From positions 3,136,001 to 3,200,000 of the forward strand of contig OY821641.1 of the NCBI GenBank assembly GCA_963555995.3: 64,000 nt of DNA. Direction: 5' to 3'. The notes beneath the pieces were generated by a model, which did no database searches, was not told the DNA's origin, and was given only the letters and a program-made list of their open reading frames with translations. This document shows, piece after piece, positions 10,457-20,754 of the stretch (the stretch's first letter is position 1; every line of letters starts with the position of its first letter). The translations under genes and the position numbers were made by a program. Origin of the DNA: Vicinamibacteria bacterium (lineage in GTDB: Bacteria > Acidobacteriota > Vicinamibacteria > Marinacidobacterales > Marinacidobacteraceae).

Positions 10457-11905
10457 ATGACGGAACCACGGAACTGGCGCTTGATGCTCGCTCTGGGGAT
10501 CGCCCTGGCGATTCTGGCCGCCTGCGGCCGCGGAGGCGGTGAACCCGCCGGGGAGGCGGACGACGATCGCTTCCGGAAGTACGCCGCCGGAATGGGCGCG
10601 CACCATCTCTGCTCCGGCACCTTCGTGGTGGGGCGGGTCACCGAGCGGTCGCCGGAGACGGTGCTGGCCGAGGACATCGCACCGTTCGTCGGGTTCGCCT
10701 GGCAGGACGACTTCGAGTGGGAAGTGGACATGGAGGCGAAGAGCGCCACCGTCTGGGCCGCCGACGTGGCCCCACGGACGGCGAAGTATCACGGGGACCA
10801 GGGCTGCACCCTGCTGGAGGACGGCGCCGACTCGGTGCGGTTCACCCCGGTGCCCGTCCCGCGAGACCAGCCTCCCGCGGACGAGCAGGACTGGCCGCTC
10901 GGGGACGTCGGCGCGGAGGAACCGGACCAGGCCGGCGTGGACCGGGCCGCGCTCGACGCGGCGCTCGACGCCGCGATGGGGACCGAGCAGAACACCCGCG
11001 CCCTCGCCGTGGTCCGGCGCGGGAAGATCGTGGGGGAACGCTACGCCCCCGGGTTCACCCGGAACACCCCGCAGATCAGTTGGTCGGAGGGCAAGAGCGT
11101 CACGGCGACCCTGATCGGCGTGCTCATGCAGAAGGGCCACTTCGGGCTCGACGACCCGGCCCCGGTCGCCGAGTGGCGGGAGGAGGGCGACCCCCGCGGC
11201 GTCATCACGATGCGGCACCTGCTCACCATGAGCAGCGGGCTCGACATGACGAACCTCGGACTCGAGGGCGCGTCCTCCCTGATTCCCGAGAACGAGCACA
11301 TGCGCGTCTATTTCGACGCGCTGAACGTCTTCGAACACGCGTCGGGACAGCCCTACGGCATCCCGCCGGGCACCGAGTACCGCTACCGCAACTCCGACCC
11401 GCTGACCCTGGGGCGCATCGTGCGCGAGACCGTCGAGAACAACGACCGGGAATACCTGACCCACCCGCAGCGGATGCTCTTCGACCGGATCGGCTCCCGC
11501 GACTTCGTGCTGGAGCCGGACCCCTGGGGCAACTTCATCCTGAGCGGCTACGAGTACGGGAGCGCCGCCGACTGGATGCGCTTCGGGCTCCTCCACCTCT
11601 GGGACGGCGTCTTCGAGGGCGACCGCATCCTCCCCGAGGGCTGGTCGGAGTTCGTGAGCAGCCCCTCGCCCGGCGCGAAGGAAGACGAATACGGCGGCCT
11701 CTGGTGGCTGAACCTCGGGGGGCGCTACGCCGACATCCCGCGCGACGCCTACTGGGCGTCCGGGTTCATGGGACAGACCACCATGGTGATCCCGTCGCGG
11801 GACGTGGTGATCGTCCGTCTGGGCCCCAGCCCGGGCGAGTTCGGTCCCTACCTGAACGCCACCGTCTCCGCGATCCTCGCCACCTTCGACGACAGCGCGG
11901 GGTAA
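10457..11905 (+). CDS. Serine hydrolase (beta-lactamase/AmpC-like) lipoprotein
   Basis: Lipobox LAAC, SxxK (SEGK), LLTMSSG, YRN, ASGFMGQ. Confidence 0.85.
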   Translation: MTEPRNWRLMLALGIALAILAACGRGGGEPAGEADDDRFRKYAAGMGAHHLCSGTFVVGRVTERSPETVLAEDIAPFVGFAWQDDFEWEVDMEAKSATVWAADVAPRTAKYHGDQGCTLLEDGADSVRFTPVPVPRDQPPADEQDWPLGDVGAEEPDQAGVDRAALDAALDAAMGTEQNTRALAVVRRGKIVGERYAPGFTRNTPQISWSEGKSVTATLIGVLMQKGHFGLDDPAPVAEWREEGDPRGVITMRHLLTMSSGLDMTNLGLEGASSLIPENEHMRVYFDALNVFEHASGQPYGIPPGTEYRYRNSDPLTLGRIVRETVENNDREYLTHPQRMLFDRIGSRDFVLEPDPWGNFILSGYEYGSAADWMRFGLLHLWDGVFEGDRILPEGWSEFVSSPSPGAKEDEYGGLWWLNLGGRYADIPRDAYWASGFMGQTTMVIPSRDVVIVRLGPSPGEFGPYLNATVSAILATFDDSAG

Positions 11906-11946
11906 CCGCCGGCTGGCTCACGGTTCCAGTACGTCAGTCTATTAGT

Positions 11947-11971
11947 CATTTGGACTGTCCAAATGTATAAT
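11947..11971 (+). promoter_or_regulatory. Palindromic operator abutting a -10 box
   Basis: CATTTGGACTGTCCAAATG followed directly by TATAAT, 7 nt before ATG 11979. Confidence 0.65.
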
Positions 11972-11978
11972 ACGATGC

Positions 11979-13130
11979 ATGTTCAGTCGCCCATTGTGGC
12001 TGGATCGGATCCGCCGGGCCTGGTTGCACCGCCCGATCGTGTGGCTGTCGGGCGTCCGGAGGGTGGGGAAGACGACCCTGGCCCGGATGCTGCCCGGTGC
12101 GAAGCACCTGAACTGCGAACTCCCCGCCACCGCGCGGGCGCTGGCTGATCCGGAGCTCTTTCTCGGAGGCCAACCGTCCGGCTCGACCCTCGTCTTCGAC
12201 GAGATCCACCGTCTTCCGGACCCGAGCCTGCTGCTGAAGATCGCCGCGGACGAGTATCCGGAACTCCGGGTGCTGGCTACCGGCTCCTCCACGCTGGCCG
12301 CCACCCGCAAGTTCCGCGATTCCCTGACCGGCCGCAAGGAGGCGGTCCATCTGTGCCCGGTGCTCTGGGAAGAGTGCGCGGAGCCCTTCGGGGTCGGCGA
12401 TCTCGACCGCCGGTTGCTGCACGGCGGGCTGCCGGAGGCGCTGTTGCGGGACGAGAAACGCCCCTCGTCGTTCGGCGAGTGGATTGACAGCTTCTACGCC
12501 CGGGACATCCTGGAGCTGTTCGACGTCCGGAACCGCCAGGGTTTCCTGTCGCTGTTCCGGCTCCTGCTGCGTTGGAGCGGCGGTCTGCTCGACATCGCCC
12601 GGCTGGCCCGGCAGTGCGAGTTGAACCGCGCGACCGTGAGGACGTATCTCGAAGCGCTCCAGACCGCGCATGCCATCCACCTCCTCCGCCCGTTCCACGG
12701 CGGCGGAACGCGCGAACTCGTGGCCCGGCCGAAGTGCTACGCCTTCGATACCGGATTCGTCACTTTCGAGAAAGGATGGGACACGCTGCGGCCGGAGGAT
12801 CGCGGGATCCTCTGGGAGCACCTCGTGCTCGACTCGCTGCGCTTCCGACTGTCGGACGACCGCATCTTCTACTGGCGCGACAAGGCCGGTCGGGAGGTGG
12901 ACTTCGTCATCCGGCGCACCCGGGACCGCGTGGACCTCGTGGAATGCAAGCTGGACCCGGACGAACTCGACGGGAACGCCGTTCGCGCGTTCCGCCGGCT
13001 GTATCCGGCGGGGGAGAACTTCCTTGCCTCACCGGCGGTGAAGGAGCCCTACCGAATCCGGCGCGCGGGGTGCGTCTTCACCGTCCGCGCTCCCGGTCCG
13101 GCCGGACCATCGGTGGGTGGAATGACGTGA
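11979..13130 (+). CDS. AAA_14 ATPase + DUF4143 (PD-(D/E)XK-like) protein
   Basis: GVRRVGKT, FDEIH, TGSS, YWRDKAGREVDFV...ECK. Confidence 0.9.
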   Translation: MFSRPLWLDRIRRAWLHRPIVWLSGVRRVGKTTLARMLPGAKHLNCELPATARALADPELFLGGQPSGSTLVFDEIHRLPDPSLLLKIAADEYPELRVLATGSSTLAATRKFRDSLTGRKEAVHLCPVLWEECAEPFGVGDLDRRLLHGGLPEALLRDEKRPSSFGEWIDSFYARDILELFDVRNRQGFLSLFRLLLRWSGGLLDIARLARQCELNRATVRTYLEALQTAHAIHLLRPFHGGGTRELVARPKCYAFDTGFVTFEKGWDTLRPEDRGILWEHLVLDSLRFRLSDDRIFYWRDKAGREVDFVIRRTRDRVDLVECKLDPDELDGNAVRAFRRLYPAGENFLASPAVKEPYRIRRAGCVFTVRAPGPAGPSVGGMT

Positions 13131-13266
13131 GTACCGAGGGCCCCACCGGGAACAGCCCCGCACGATCAGAACGAGCTGAGCGACGCTCCCCAAGTGAGCG
13201 AGGCGCCGCGGCACCGGCGCGGGTTTGCTGTGTGAACGCGGTCCCCCCAAGGTTGCGCCGCCCGCT

Positions 13267-13437
13267 GGGAGCGCCGGTCTTCAGACCGGCATCGCCCGCG
13301 CCGCGGGCGAAACTCCCGGTGTACCGTCGCCGTGTGGCGTTGCGCCATGCGGCGTGTCGTTCCACCATGCGGCGAATCAGCGATGGGAGTTTCGCTCCCC
13401 GTTGGGGAGCGATGCCGGTCTGAAGACCGGCGCTCCC
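13267..13437. repeat. REPIN-like inverted REP doublet
   Basis: Two inverted REPs around a core shared with 43176-43367 and 46207-46379; lies between convergent genes. Confidence 0.8.
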
Positions 13438-13468
13438 AGCCGTTTCCGGGACACCGCGGTAGCGGCGA

Positions 13469-16366
13469 TCAGAAGATGACCCGGAGGCCGAGTTGGGCCT
13501 GGCGCTGGGCGCCGACGCGGGCGGCCCCGAGGCCGAACTCCGGGTTCGACCGGCCGTCATCGAGCGTCGGCTCCTGCTGGTCGGCGCCGGAGACCCGGAA
13601 GGTCTTCGCGTTCAGGACGTTGAACACCTCGAAGAGGGCTTCGAGCTGGGCGCCGGCGACCTGGAAGCGCTTCGTGATCCGGAGGTCGAGGTTCGTCCAG
13701 GCGTCGTTCCGCTCGCCGTTCACCGGGACGAGCTCGCCGCCCACGACCGCGCGGGTCTGGGGGCCGTAGGGGCCGACGTAGAAGTCCGGGTGGTTGTGGT
13801 AGCCCACCCGCGGGTCGAGCGCCGTGAACGGAGATCCGGACTGGGCCGTGAGGATGCCACTCGCCAGGATGTCGAACGGGAGCGTGAAGACGCCGCTCGC
13901 CACGAAGCGGTGCGGGATGTCCCGGCTGGAGACGCCCCAGTCGTAGTCCGGGTCCGCGGGGTCGGTGAGGGTGAGGCTGCCGGAGGAGCGCTCGTTGTCG
14001 TCGTTCGAGCGGTCGCGGGACCAGGTGTAGTGGGCCTGGAACTGGATGCCGTCCCGGAAGCGCCGCCGGAGCGCGGCGGTGACCGCGACGTAGTCGGAGC
14101 GCGCCAGCGACTGCCGGACCAGGACCGTCCCGTAGTTCGGGTTGATCCGCTCGCCGGAGTAGAGCGGGCGGCCGTGGGCGTCGCGTGACGGGGCGGGGGC
14201 GTTCGCGTCCACGTTCGAGGCCAGCAGATCGCCCCGCGCGTACACCACGTCGAGCGAGGCGGCGACGTCGCGGGCGACCTCGCGCTCGTAGCCGAGGTTG
14301 ACGCGGGTGGTGCGGGGGTCCTCGAAGTCCGGGTGGACGTAGCTGAGCGACGGCGTGAGGCCGGCGGGCGGGTTCCCGTTGTCGATCGCCGACCCGAGCG
14401 GGACGAACCCGGTCTGTCCGGGCGACACCACCGCGTTCCCGTAGCGGGGGAAGACGCCGGTGTCGCTGTAGGCGGAGAAGAACAGCAGCGTCGGGGTGCG
14501 GCCGTAGAAGATCCCGGCCCCGCCGCGCAGGATGCTGCCCTCGTCCAGCGAGTACACGAACCCGGCGCGCGGCGAGACGTTGTCGAGGTCGTCCGGGATC
14601 GCGGTCCCCTCCGGCAGGACGTGCGGAATCCCGTCCGGGTTGAAGGTGCCGTCCCAGCGCGCGCCGACGTTCAGGGTGAGCCGGGCGCTCGGGCTCCAGT
14701 TGTCCTGGACGTAGAACCCGAGGGTCTGCTGGGTCACGTCGAAGTTCGGGTTGCTCACGTCCCCGAAGAAGATCCGGGCGCGGGCGGCTTCCCCGTTCTC
14801 GAAGGCGGCCACGTCGTTGAAGTCGTAGCGGCCGTCGGCGTTTCCGGCGAAGTACTCGCTCAGGTCGTCCCGGCTGAAGTCCACGCCGAGACGGATCTCG
14901 TGGTTCCCCGAGAGGAACGAGAACCGCTCCTGGACCTGGAACTTCGCCTCGTCCACGTAGATGGGCAGCCACCACGGCTTCCCGAAGGAGCCGTAGGAGG
15001 GCGCGAAGATGCGGAAGTTCGCCTGGAGCGCGCTGTCGGGCAGGTTCGCCAGCCGGTCGAGGTCGTCGTAGGCGTACTGGACGCGGAACTCGTTGACGCC
15101 GGTCTCGCCGAGCAGCGAGACCACGGAACCGACGAGGGCGTGGGTCCGCTCCAGCTTCCGCGACTCCTCGGCCACGTAGTCCGAGGTCCGGGCGTAGTCG
15201 GTGACGTTGTAGCGGAGGGTGAGCGAGTGGTCGTCGTTCAGCCGGTGGTTCAGCTTGCCGAACAGGATCAGGTTGTCGGTCTCGCGCACGAACTGGCCGC
15301 TGGCGGTGCCGTCCCCGTTCGGGCTGAACCCGGCCAGCAGGTCGGGATAGCGGGCGCGCACCGCGTCGTACTGCCCGGCCCCCCGGATGTCGCGAAGGAA
15401 GGGCTGGCTGCGGGCGGTCTGGTCGTAGGAGAGGAAGAAGTGCGTCCGGTCGCGCACGATGGGGCCGCCGAACGACGCGCCCCAGTTGGTGCGCTCGAAC
15501 TCGTCCACCTCGTAGCGCCCGTCGTCCGCGGCGATCCCCCGGTGGGCGTCGAGCGGCGACTGCGCCAGCCGGGCGACCATGCGCTGGTCGCGGAAGAAGA
15601 GGAAGCCCGAGCCCGCGAAGTCGTTCGTCCCGGCCTTCGTGACCACGTTGATGTAGCCGCCGCCGGAGCGCCCGGCCTCGGCGGAGTAGCCGCTCGTGAC
15701 CACCTGGAACTCCTGGACCGATTCCTGCGCCACCACGAGGCCGCCGTTCTCGGTGGCCTCGCCGCCCCGGCCGTAGCCGAAGAAGGCGCTCTTCGCGTCC
15801 GCGCCGTCAATCGTCAGGCCGGAGTTGATGCCGCGCTGGCCGCTGAGCGAGATCCCGCCCCGCTGCGGCTCCACCTTCACGGTCGGCTTCAGCAGCGCGA
15901 ACTGCACGTAGTCGCGCCCCTGGATCGGCAGCGTGGAGATCTCGTCCTCGTCCACGTAGCCGGCGGCCCCGCCCCGGCCCACCTCGAGCAGCGGCGCCTC
16001 GGCGGTCACCAGCACGGCCTCCGCGACCCCCGACAGCGCGAGCTGGAGGTCGGTCTCGAGGATCTGGCCGACGAGGAGCCGGATCCCCTCGCGGCGGGTG
16101 GTCTGGAATCCGGCGAGCGACGCGGTCAGGTCGTACTCGCCGCTCGGAACGGACCGCACCGCGAAGAAGCCTCGGCCGTTCGTGACCGCGGCCCGGAGCT
16201 GTCCCCGCTCGGTGTCGAGGAGCTCGATGGTCACGCCCGGCAGCGCCCCGCCGCTCGCGTCGGTGACGAAGCCCTGCACCGTCCCGAGGGTCTGGATGGC
16301 GGCGGCCGGAACCGCGAAGAGGAGGGCCAGCAGGACGCCGGCCGGCAGTGACCTGGAGTTCGACAC
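13469..16366 (-). CDS. TonB-dependent receptor, Oar-like, with carboxypeptidase-regulatory-like N-domain
   Basis: GTG 16366 with GGAG RBS; DASGGALPGVTI, VQEFQVVTSGYSAEAGRSGGG, C-terminal QLGLRVIF. Confidence 0.9.
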   Translation of the reverse strand: MSNSRSLPAGVLLALLFAVPAAAIQTLGTVQGFVTDASGGALPGVTIELLDTERGQLRAAVTNGRGFFAVRSVPSGEYDLTASLAGFQTTRREGIRLLVGQILETDLQLALSGVAEAVLVTAEAPLLEVGRGGAAGYVDEDEISTLPIQGRDYVQFALLKPTVKVEPQRGGISLSGQRGINSGLTIDGADAKSAFFGYGRGGEATENGGLVVAQESVQEFQVVTSGYSAEAGRSGGGYINVVTKAGTNDFAGSGFLFFRDQRMVARLAQSPLDAHRGIAADDGRYEVDEFERTNWGASFGGPIVRDRTHFFLSYDQTARSQPFLRDIRGAGQYDAVRARYPDLLAGFSPNGDGTASGQFVRETDNLILFGKLNHRLNDDHSLTLRYNVTDYARTSDYVAEESRKLERTHALVGSVVSLLGETGVNEFRVQYAYDDLDRLANLPDSALQANFRIFAPSYGSFGKPWWLPIYVDEAKFQVQERFSFLSGNHEIRLGVDFSRDDLSEYFAGNADGRYDFNDVAAFENGEAARARIFFGDVSNPNFDVTQQTLGFYVQDNWSPSARLTLNVGARWDGTFNPDGIPHVLPEGTAIPDDLDNVSPRAGFVYSLDEGSILRGGAGIFYGRTPTLLFFSAYSDTGVFPRYGNAVVSPGQTGFVPLGSAIDNGNPPAGLTPSLSYVHPDFEDPRTTRVNLGYEREVARDVAASLDVVYARGDLLASNVDANAPAPSRDAHGRPLYSGERINPNYGTVLVRQSLARSDYVAVTAALRRRFRDGIQFQAHYTWSRDRSNDDNERSSGSLTLTDPADPDYDWGVSSRDIPHRFVASGVFTLPFDILASGILTAQSGSPFTALDPRVGYHNHPDFYVGPYGPQTRAVVGGELVPVNGERNDAWTNLDLRITKRFQVAGAQLEALFEVFNVLNAKTFRVSGADQQEPTLDDGRSNPEFGLGAARVGAQRQAQLGLRVIF

Positions 16367-16497
16367 GTTCGTTGCTCCCTGGCGAAGCGGAGGAAGGGGA
16401 GGGGCCATCCGGCCCCCCGGACGCCGGAATCCTTGACGCGGATTCACTCCCGTTCAAGGAACAAGTGGAGAAATCCGCAAGACGAACACGCGACGGT

Positions 16498-19443
16498 TCA
16501 GAAAACGACCCGCACCCCAAGTTGCGCCTGGCGCTGGGCGCCGGCGAGTGCGCCGGCGAGCCCGAACTCCGGGTTCGGGGTCGCGCCGTCGTCGAGGAAG
16601 ACCTCCCGCTGGTCCGCGTTCCCCACCCGGAAGGCGGCGCCGTTCAGGACGTTGAAGACCTCGAAGAGCGCCTCGATCCGGGCGGGGCCGAGGCCGAAGC
16701 GCTTCGTGAGCCGCAGGTCGAGGTTCGTCCAGGGTTCGTTCCGCTCGCCGTTCACCGGGACGAGCGCGCCCCCGACCACCGCCCGCGCCTGGGCGCCCGA
16801 CGGCCCGACCGCGAAGCCGGGGTGGTTGTGGAAGCCCACCGCGGGGTCGAGGGCGGTCCAGGGCGAGCCGGACTGCGCGGTGAAGATGCCGCTCGCCTGG
16901 AACCCGGCCGGCAGATGGAAGACCCCGCTCGCCACCAGCCGGTGGGGCGTGTCCCGGTCCGAGAGCCCCCAGTCGTAGTCGGGGTCCGTGGGATCGGTGA
17001 GCGTCAGCCGCCCCGAGCGCTCGCTGTCGTCGTTCGAGCGGTCGCGCGACCAGGTGTAGTGGGCCTGGAACTGGACGCCGTCCGAGAAGCGGCGGCGCAG
17101 CGCGGCGGTGACCGCCAGGTAGTCCGAGCGCCCGAGCGCGGCCCGCACCAGGACTGGGCCGTAGGCCGGGTTGATCCGCTCGCCGGAGTACACCGGCCGG
17201 CCGAAGGCGTCCCGGCCCGGCGCCGGGACGTTCGCGTCCCAGTTCGACTGGAGGAAACGGCTCCGCGCCGCCAGCAGGTCGAGCGAGACGGCGAGCCCCC
17301 GCCCGATCTCGCGCTCGTACCCGAGGTTGAAGCGTTCGGTCCGGGGGTCCTCGAAGGCGGGGTCAAAGTGGCTGAGCGCCGGGATCATCCCGGCGGGCGG
17401 GTTCTCGTTGTCGATGGGGTCGCCGAGCGGGACGAAGCCCGTGTCCCCAGGGGCGAGGATCGCGTTGCCGAAGCGGGGGAAGACGCCGGTGTCGCTGTGC
17501 GCGGTCGAGAACAGCAGGGTGGGCGTCCGGGCGTGGAAGACCCCGCCCCCGGCGCGCACCACGCTCCTCGAATCGAGCGCCCAGACGAGCCCGCCCCGCG
17601 GCGAGACGTTGTCGAGATCATCGGGGATGCGCCGTCCCTCCGGCAGCACGTGCTCGATGCCGCCGGGGTTGAACGTCCCGTCCCAGCGCGCGCCGAAGTG
17701 GAGGGTGAGCCGCGGGTTCGGACTCCACGAGTCCTGGAGATAGACGCCGAGGATCTGCTGGGCGGTGCGAAAGTTGGGCTTCGCCGTGCTCCCGAACCAG
17801 ATGACGGCGCGGGCGGGGTTCCCGGCGACGAAGTCCTCCAGCGTGTCGAAGTCGTAGCCGCCGTCGGCGTTCCCCACGAAGTACTCGTTCAGGGTGTCGT
17901 GGCTGAGGGTGAAGCCGGCGCGGAGCTCGTGGCTCCCCAGCAGGAGGGAGAACCGTTCCCGGACCTCGAACTTCCGCTCGTGGTTGAAGACGGGCAGCCA
18001 CCAGGGCTTGCCGAACGAGCCGGCGGAGGGCGAGAAGATGCGGAAGTGCGCCTGGAGCGCGCTCTCGGGCAGGTGCGAACTCCGGTCGAAGTGGTCGTAG
18101 GCGTACTGGAGCCGGAGCTCGTTGACGCCCGCGTCCCCGACGAGCGAGACGAGCGATCCCACCAGCGAGTGGCTCTCGACGAACCGCCGGGACTCTTCCC
18201 CAACGTAGTCGGAGACCCGGTCGTAGTCGGTGAAGTTGTAGCGGAGGGTGAGCGAGTGCCGGTCGTTCACCCGGTGGTTCAGCTTGCCGAAGAGGATGAG
18301 GTTGCCGGTCTCGCGCAGGAACCGGCCGCTCGCGGTGCGGCCCCGCTCCGGGTCGGGGGCGGCGATCCCGTCGTCGTTCGGGCGGTAGCCGGCGACGAGT
18401 TCGGGGAAGGCGGCGAGCACGGCGTCGTAGTGGCCGCGGCCCCGGATGTTGCGCAGGAAGGGCTGGTTCTGGGAGGTCTGGTCGTAGGACAGGAAGAAGT
18501 GGGTGCGGTCGCGCCGGATCGGACCCCCGAGCGAGGCGCCCCAGTTGGCGCGGCGGAAGGCGTCCGCCTGGTAGCGGTCGTCGTCCGGCGAGACGCCGCG
18601 GAACGCGTCGAGCGGCGACTGCGGGAGCCGGGCGACCATCCGGTCGTTCCGGAGGAACCAGAACGCGGACCCCGCGAACTCGTTGGTCCCGGAGCGGGTC
18701 ACCACGTTCAGGGCGCCGCCGCCGGAGCGGCCCGCCTCGGCCGAATAGGCGCTGGTGACCACCTGGAACTCCTTGACGGACTCCTGCGCCACCAGCGCGC
18801 CGCCGCCTTCCCGCGCGAGCCCGCCGCGCCCGAACCCGAAGAAGGCGCTCTTCGCGTTCGCGCCGTCAATGGTGAGGCCGGAGTTGACCGCCCGCTGCCC
18901 GCTGAGGGAGAGCGTGCCCCGGCTCGGGTCCACCTGCACGGTGGGCTTCAGCAGCGCGAACCGGACGAAGTCGCGGCCCGAGATCGGGAGCGCCGCGATC
19001 TCCTCCTCGTCCACGTAGCCCGCCGCCCCCGACCTGCCGACCTCCAGCAGGGGCGCTTCGGCGTTCACGGTCACCGTCTCCTCGACGGAAGCGAGCCCGA
19101 GCCGCAGGTCCATTTCCACGCTCTGGCCGACGTGGAGATGGAGGTCTTCCCGGCGCACGGTCCGGAACCCCGGCAGCGAGGCGGTGAGGTCGTACTCGCC
19201 GCTCAGGACAGCCCGCAGCGCGAAGTAACCCCGGTCGTTGGAGGTCACCGTCCGGCGGTGGCCGCGCTCGCGGTCCAGGAGCTCGACCGTCACCCCCGGC
19301 AGCGCGGCGCCGGTGTCGTCGCTCACGAACCCGTGCACCGACGAGAGCGACTGCGCGGCCGCGGCCGTGGCCGCACCGGCGAGCGTCACCGCCAGCGCCA
19401 CGCAAACGAGCAGCCGGCGAGAAAGGACCATCCCGAGGGGCAT
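16498..19443 (-). CDS. TonB-dependent receptor, Oar-like (tandem paralog)
   Basis: Collinear with 13469-16366; ends QLGVRVVF. Confidence 0.9.
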   Translation of the reverse strand: MPLGMVLSRRLLVCVALAVTLAGAATAAAAQSLSSVHGFVSDDTGAALPGVTVELLDRERGHRRTVTSNDRGYFALRAVLSGEYDLTASLPGFRTVRREDLHLHVGQSVEMDLRLGLASVEETVTVNAEAPLLEVGRSGAAGYVDEEEIAALPISGRDFVRFALLKPTVQVDPSRGTLSLSGQRAVNSGLTIDGANAKSAFFGFGRGGLAREGGGALVAQESVKEFQVVTSAYSAEAGRSGGGALNVVTRSGTNEFAGSAFWFLRNDRMVARLPQSPLDAFRGVSPDDDRYQADAFRRANWGASLGGPIRRDRTHFFLSYDQTSQNQPFLRNIRGRGHYDAVLAAFPELVAGYRPNDDGIAAPDPERGRTASGRFLRETGNLILFGKLNHRVNDRHSLTLRYNFTDYDRVSDYVGEESRRFVESHSLVGSLVSLVGDAGVNELRLQYAYDHFDRSSHLPESALQAHFRIFSPSAGSFGKPWWLPVFNHERKFEVRERFSLLLGSHELRAGFTLSHDTLNEYFVGNADGGYDFDTLEDFVAGNPARAVIWFGSTAKPNFRTAQQILGVYLQDSWSPNPRLTLHFGARWDGTFNPGGIEHVLPEGRRIPDDLDNVSPRGGLVWALDSRSVVRAGGGVFHARTPTLLFSTAHSDTGVFPRFGNAILAPGDTGFVPLGDPIDNENPPAGMIPALSHFDPAFEDPRTERFNLGYEREIGRGLAVSLDLLAARSRFLQSNWDANVPAPGRDAFGRPVYSGERINPAYGPVLVRAALGRSDYLAVTAALRRRFSDGVQFQAHYTWSRDRSNDDSERSGRLTLTDPTDPDYDWGLSDRDTPHRLVASGVFHLPAGFQASGIFTAQSGSPWTALDPAVGFHNHPGFAVGPSGAQARAVVGGALVPVNGERNEPWTNLDLRLTKRFGLGPARIEALFEVFNVLNGAAFRVGNADQREVFLDDGATPNPEFGLAGALAGAQRQAQLGVRVVF

Positions 19444-19503
19444 TTTCGCTCATAGAATCGGCCGGATGGGGTTGTCCTGCCGGCGGGGAAGGCGGATCCG
19501 CGC

Positions 19504-20268
19504 ATGACCCGGCTGGCGGGACGGGTGGCGGTGGTCTCCGGGGCCGCCGCCGGGATCGGCCAGGCCACCGCGGAGCTCTTCGCCGAGGAGGGGGCCCGGG
19601 TGGTGGCGGCGGATGTCGCCGGGGACGCGGTGCGGGAGGTCGCGGCCGGAATCCGGGACGCCGGCGGCGCCGCGACAGCGGTGGTGGCGGACGTTTCGTC
19701 CGAGGACGGTGTGGAAGCGGTGATCGGGACGGCCGAGGACGAGTTCGGCCCGGTGGACGTGCTCGTGAACAACGCCGGCGTCGAGCTCAAGAAGCTGGTC
19801 GAGGACACGAGCCTCGCCGAGTGGGAGCGGGTGCTGACGACCAACCTCACCTCGGCCTTCCTGATGTCGCGGCGGGTGATCCGGGGCATGAAGGACCGCC
19901 GCCGCGGGGTCATCGTGATGAACTCCTCGGTCGGGAACTTCATCGCCGCGACGAAGAGCTCCGCCTACGGGGCCTCGAAGGCCGGGATGATGGCGCTGGC
20001 CCGGAGCCTGGCGCTCGAGGGCGCGCCCTACGGCATCCGGGTGAACGCGGTGTGCCCCGGGGTCATTGACACCCCCATGAACGAGCGCAACCTGGCCCGG
20101 AGCGAGGACCCCGAGGCCATGCGCCGTTCCTGGTACGAGATCACCCCGCTCGGCCGGCTGGGGACGCCCCGCGACGTGGCGCAGGCGATGCTGTTCCTCG
20201 CGTCCGACGAGTCCGGCTTCGTGACCGGACTGCCGCTGGTGATTGACGGCGGCCGGCTGATCCAGTAA
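19504..20268 (+). CDS. SDR-family oxidoreductase (FabG-like)
   Basis: VSGAAAGIG, NNAG, YGASK, IDGG. Confidence 0.9.
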   Translation: MTRLAGRVAVVSGAAAGIGQATAELFAEEGARVVAADVAGDAVREVAAGIRDAGGAATAVVADVSSEDGVEAVIGTAEDEFGPVDVLVNNAGVELKKLVEDTSLAEWERVLTTNLTSAFLMSRRVIRGMKDRRRGVIVMNSSVGNFIAATKSSAYGASKAGMMALARSLALEGAPYGIRVNAVCPGVIDTPMNERNLARSEDPEAMRRSWYEITPLGRLGTPRDVAQAMLFLASDESGFVTGLPLVIDGGRLIQ

Positions 20269-20323
20269 CGAATACGTTACCGATACGGATTTCCTATCGG
20301 AGTAACGTATTCGTTACCATAAT
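20265..20323 (+). promoter_or_regulatory. Double palindromic operator plus -10 box
   Basis: GTAACG-N4-CGTTAC at 20265 and 20302, together forming one large inverted repeat; CATAAT at 20318. Confidence 0.7.
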
Positions 20324-20328
20324 GCGCC

Positions 20329-20652
20329 GTGACGATCCGGCGCACGTTCCGCAAGTCGGTGCGCGCCCGCGCCGTCCGGGACCCGGCGTTCCGGGCCTCC
20401 CTCCTTGCGGACGGGTTCGACGCCCTGCTCGCCGGGGACCTCCCCGGTTTCCGCGACGGCGTCCGCGCCTACGTCAACGCCACCCTGGGCTTCGCCGCCC
20501 TCGCCGCCCGCACCGGCATCCCCGAGAAGAGCCTGATGCGCATGCTCGGCCCGGCGGGGAACCCCCGCGCGGTGCACCTGGCGACCCTCATCGCCGCCAT
20601 CGCCGACCACGAGGGCGTCGTCATCTCGGCCCGCATCGCCGACCCGGAATAG
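20329..20652 (+). CDS. HTH addiction-module antidote-type regulator (no adjacent RelE/ParE toxin)
   Basis: RDPAFRASLL...YVNATLGFAALA...KSLMRMLGPAGNP signature. Confidence 0.75.
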   Translation: MTIRRTFRKSVRARAVRDPAFRASLLADGFDALLAGDLPGFRDGVRAYVNATLGFAALAARTGIPEKSLMRMLGPAGNPRAVHLATLIAAIADHEGVVISARIADPE

Positions 20653-20719
20653 GGGACCGAACGGCTGGGAGCGCCGGTCTTCAGACCGGCACCGACCGCC
20701 GAGAGGCGGTCGAAACCAA

Positions 20720-20748
20720 TTGACACGAAGTTCGTGTTTTCCTATTCT
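20720..20748 (+). promoter_or_regulatory. Sigma70 promoter with overlapping operator; leaderless
   Basis: TTGACA-17bp-TATTCT, palindrome CACGAAGTTCGTG, ATG 6 nt downstream. Confidence 0.75.
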
Positions 20749-20754
20749 CGTGCC

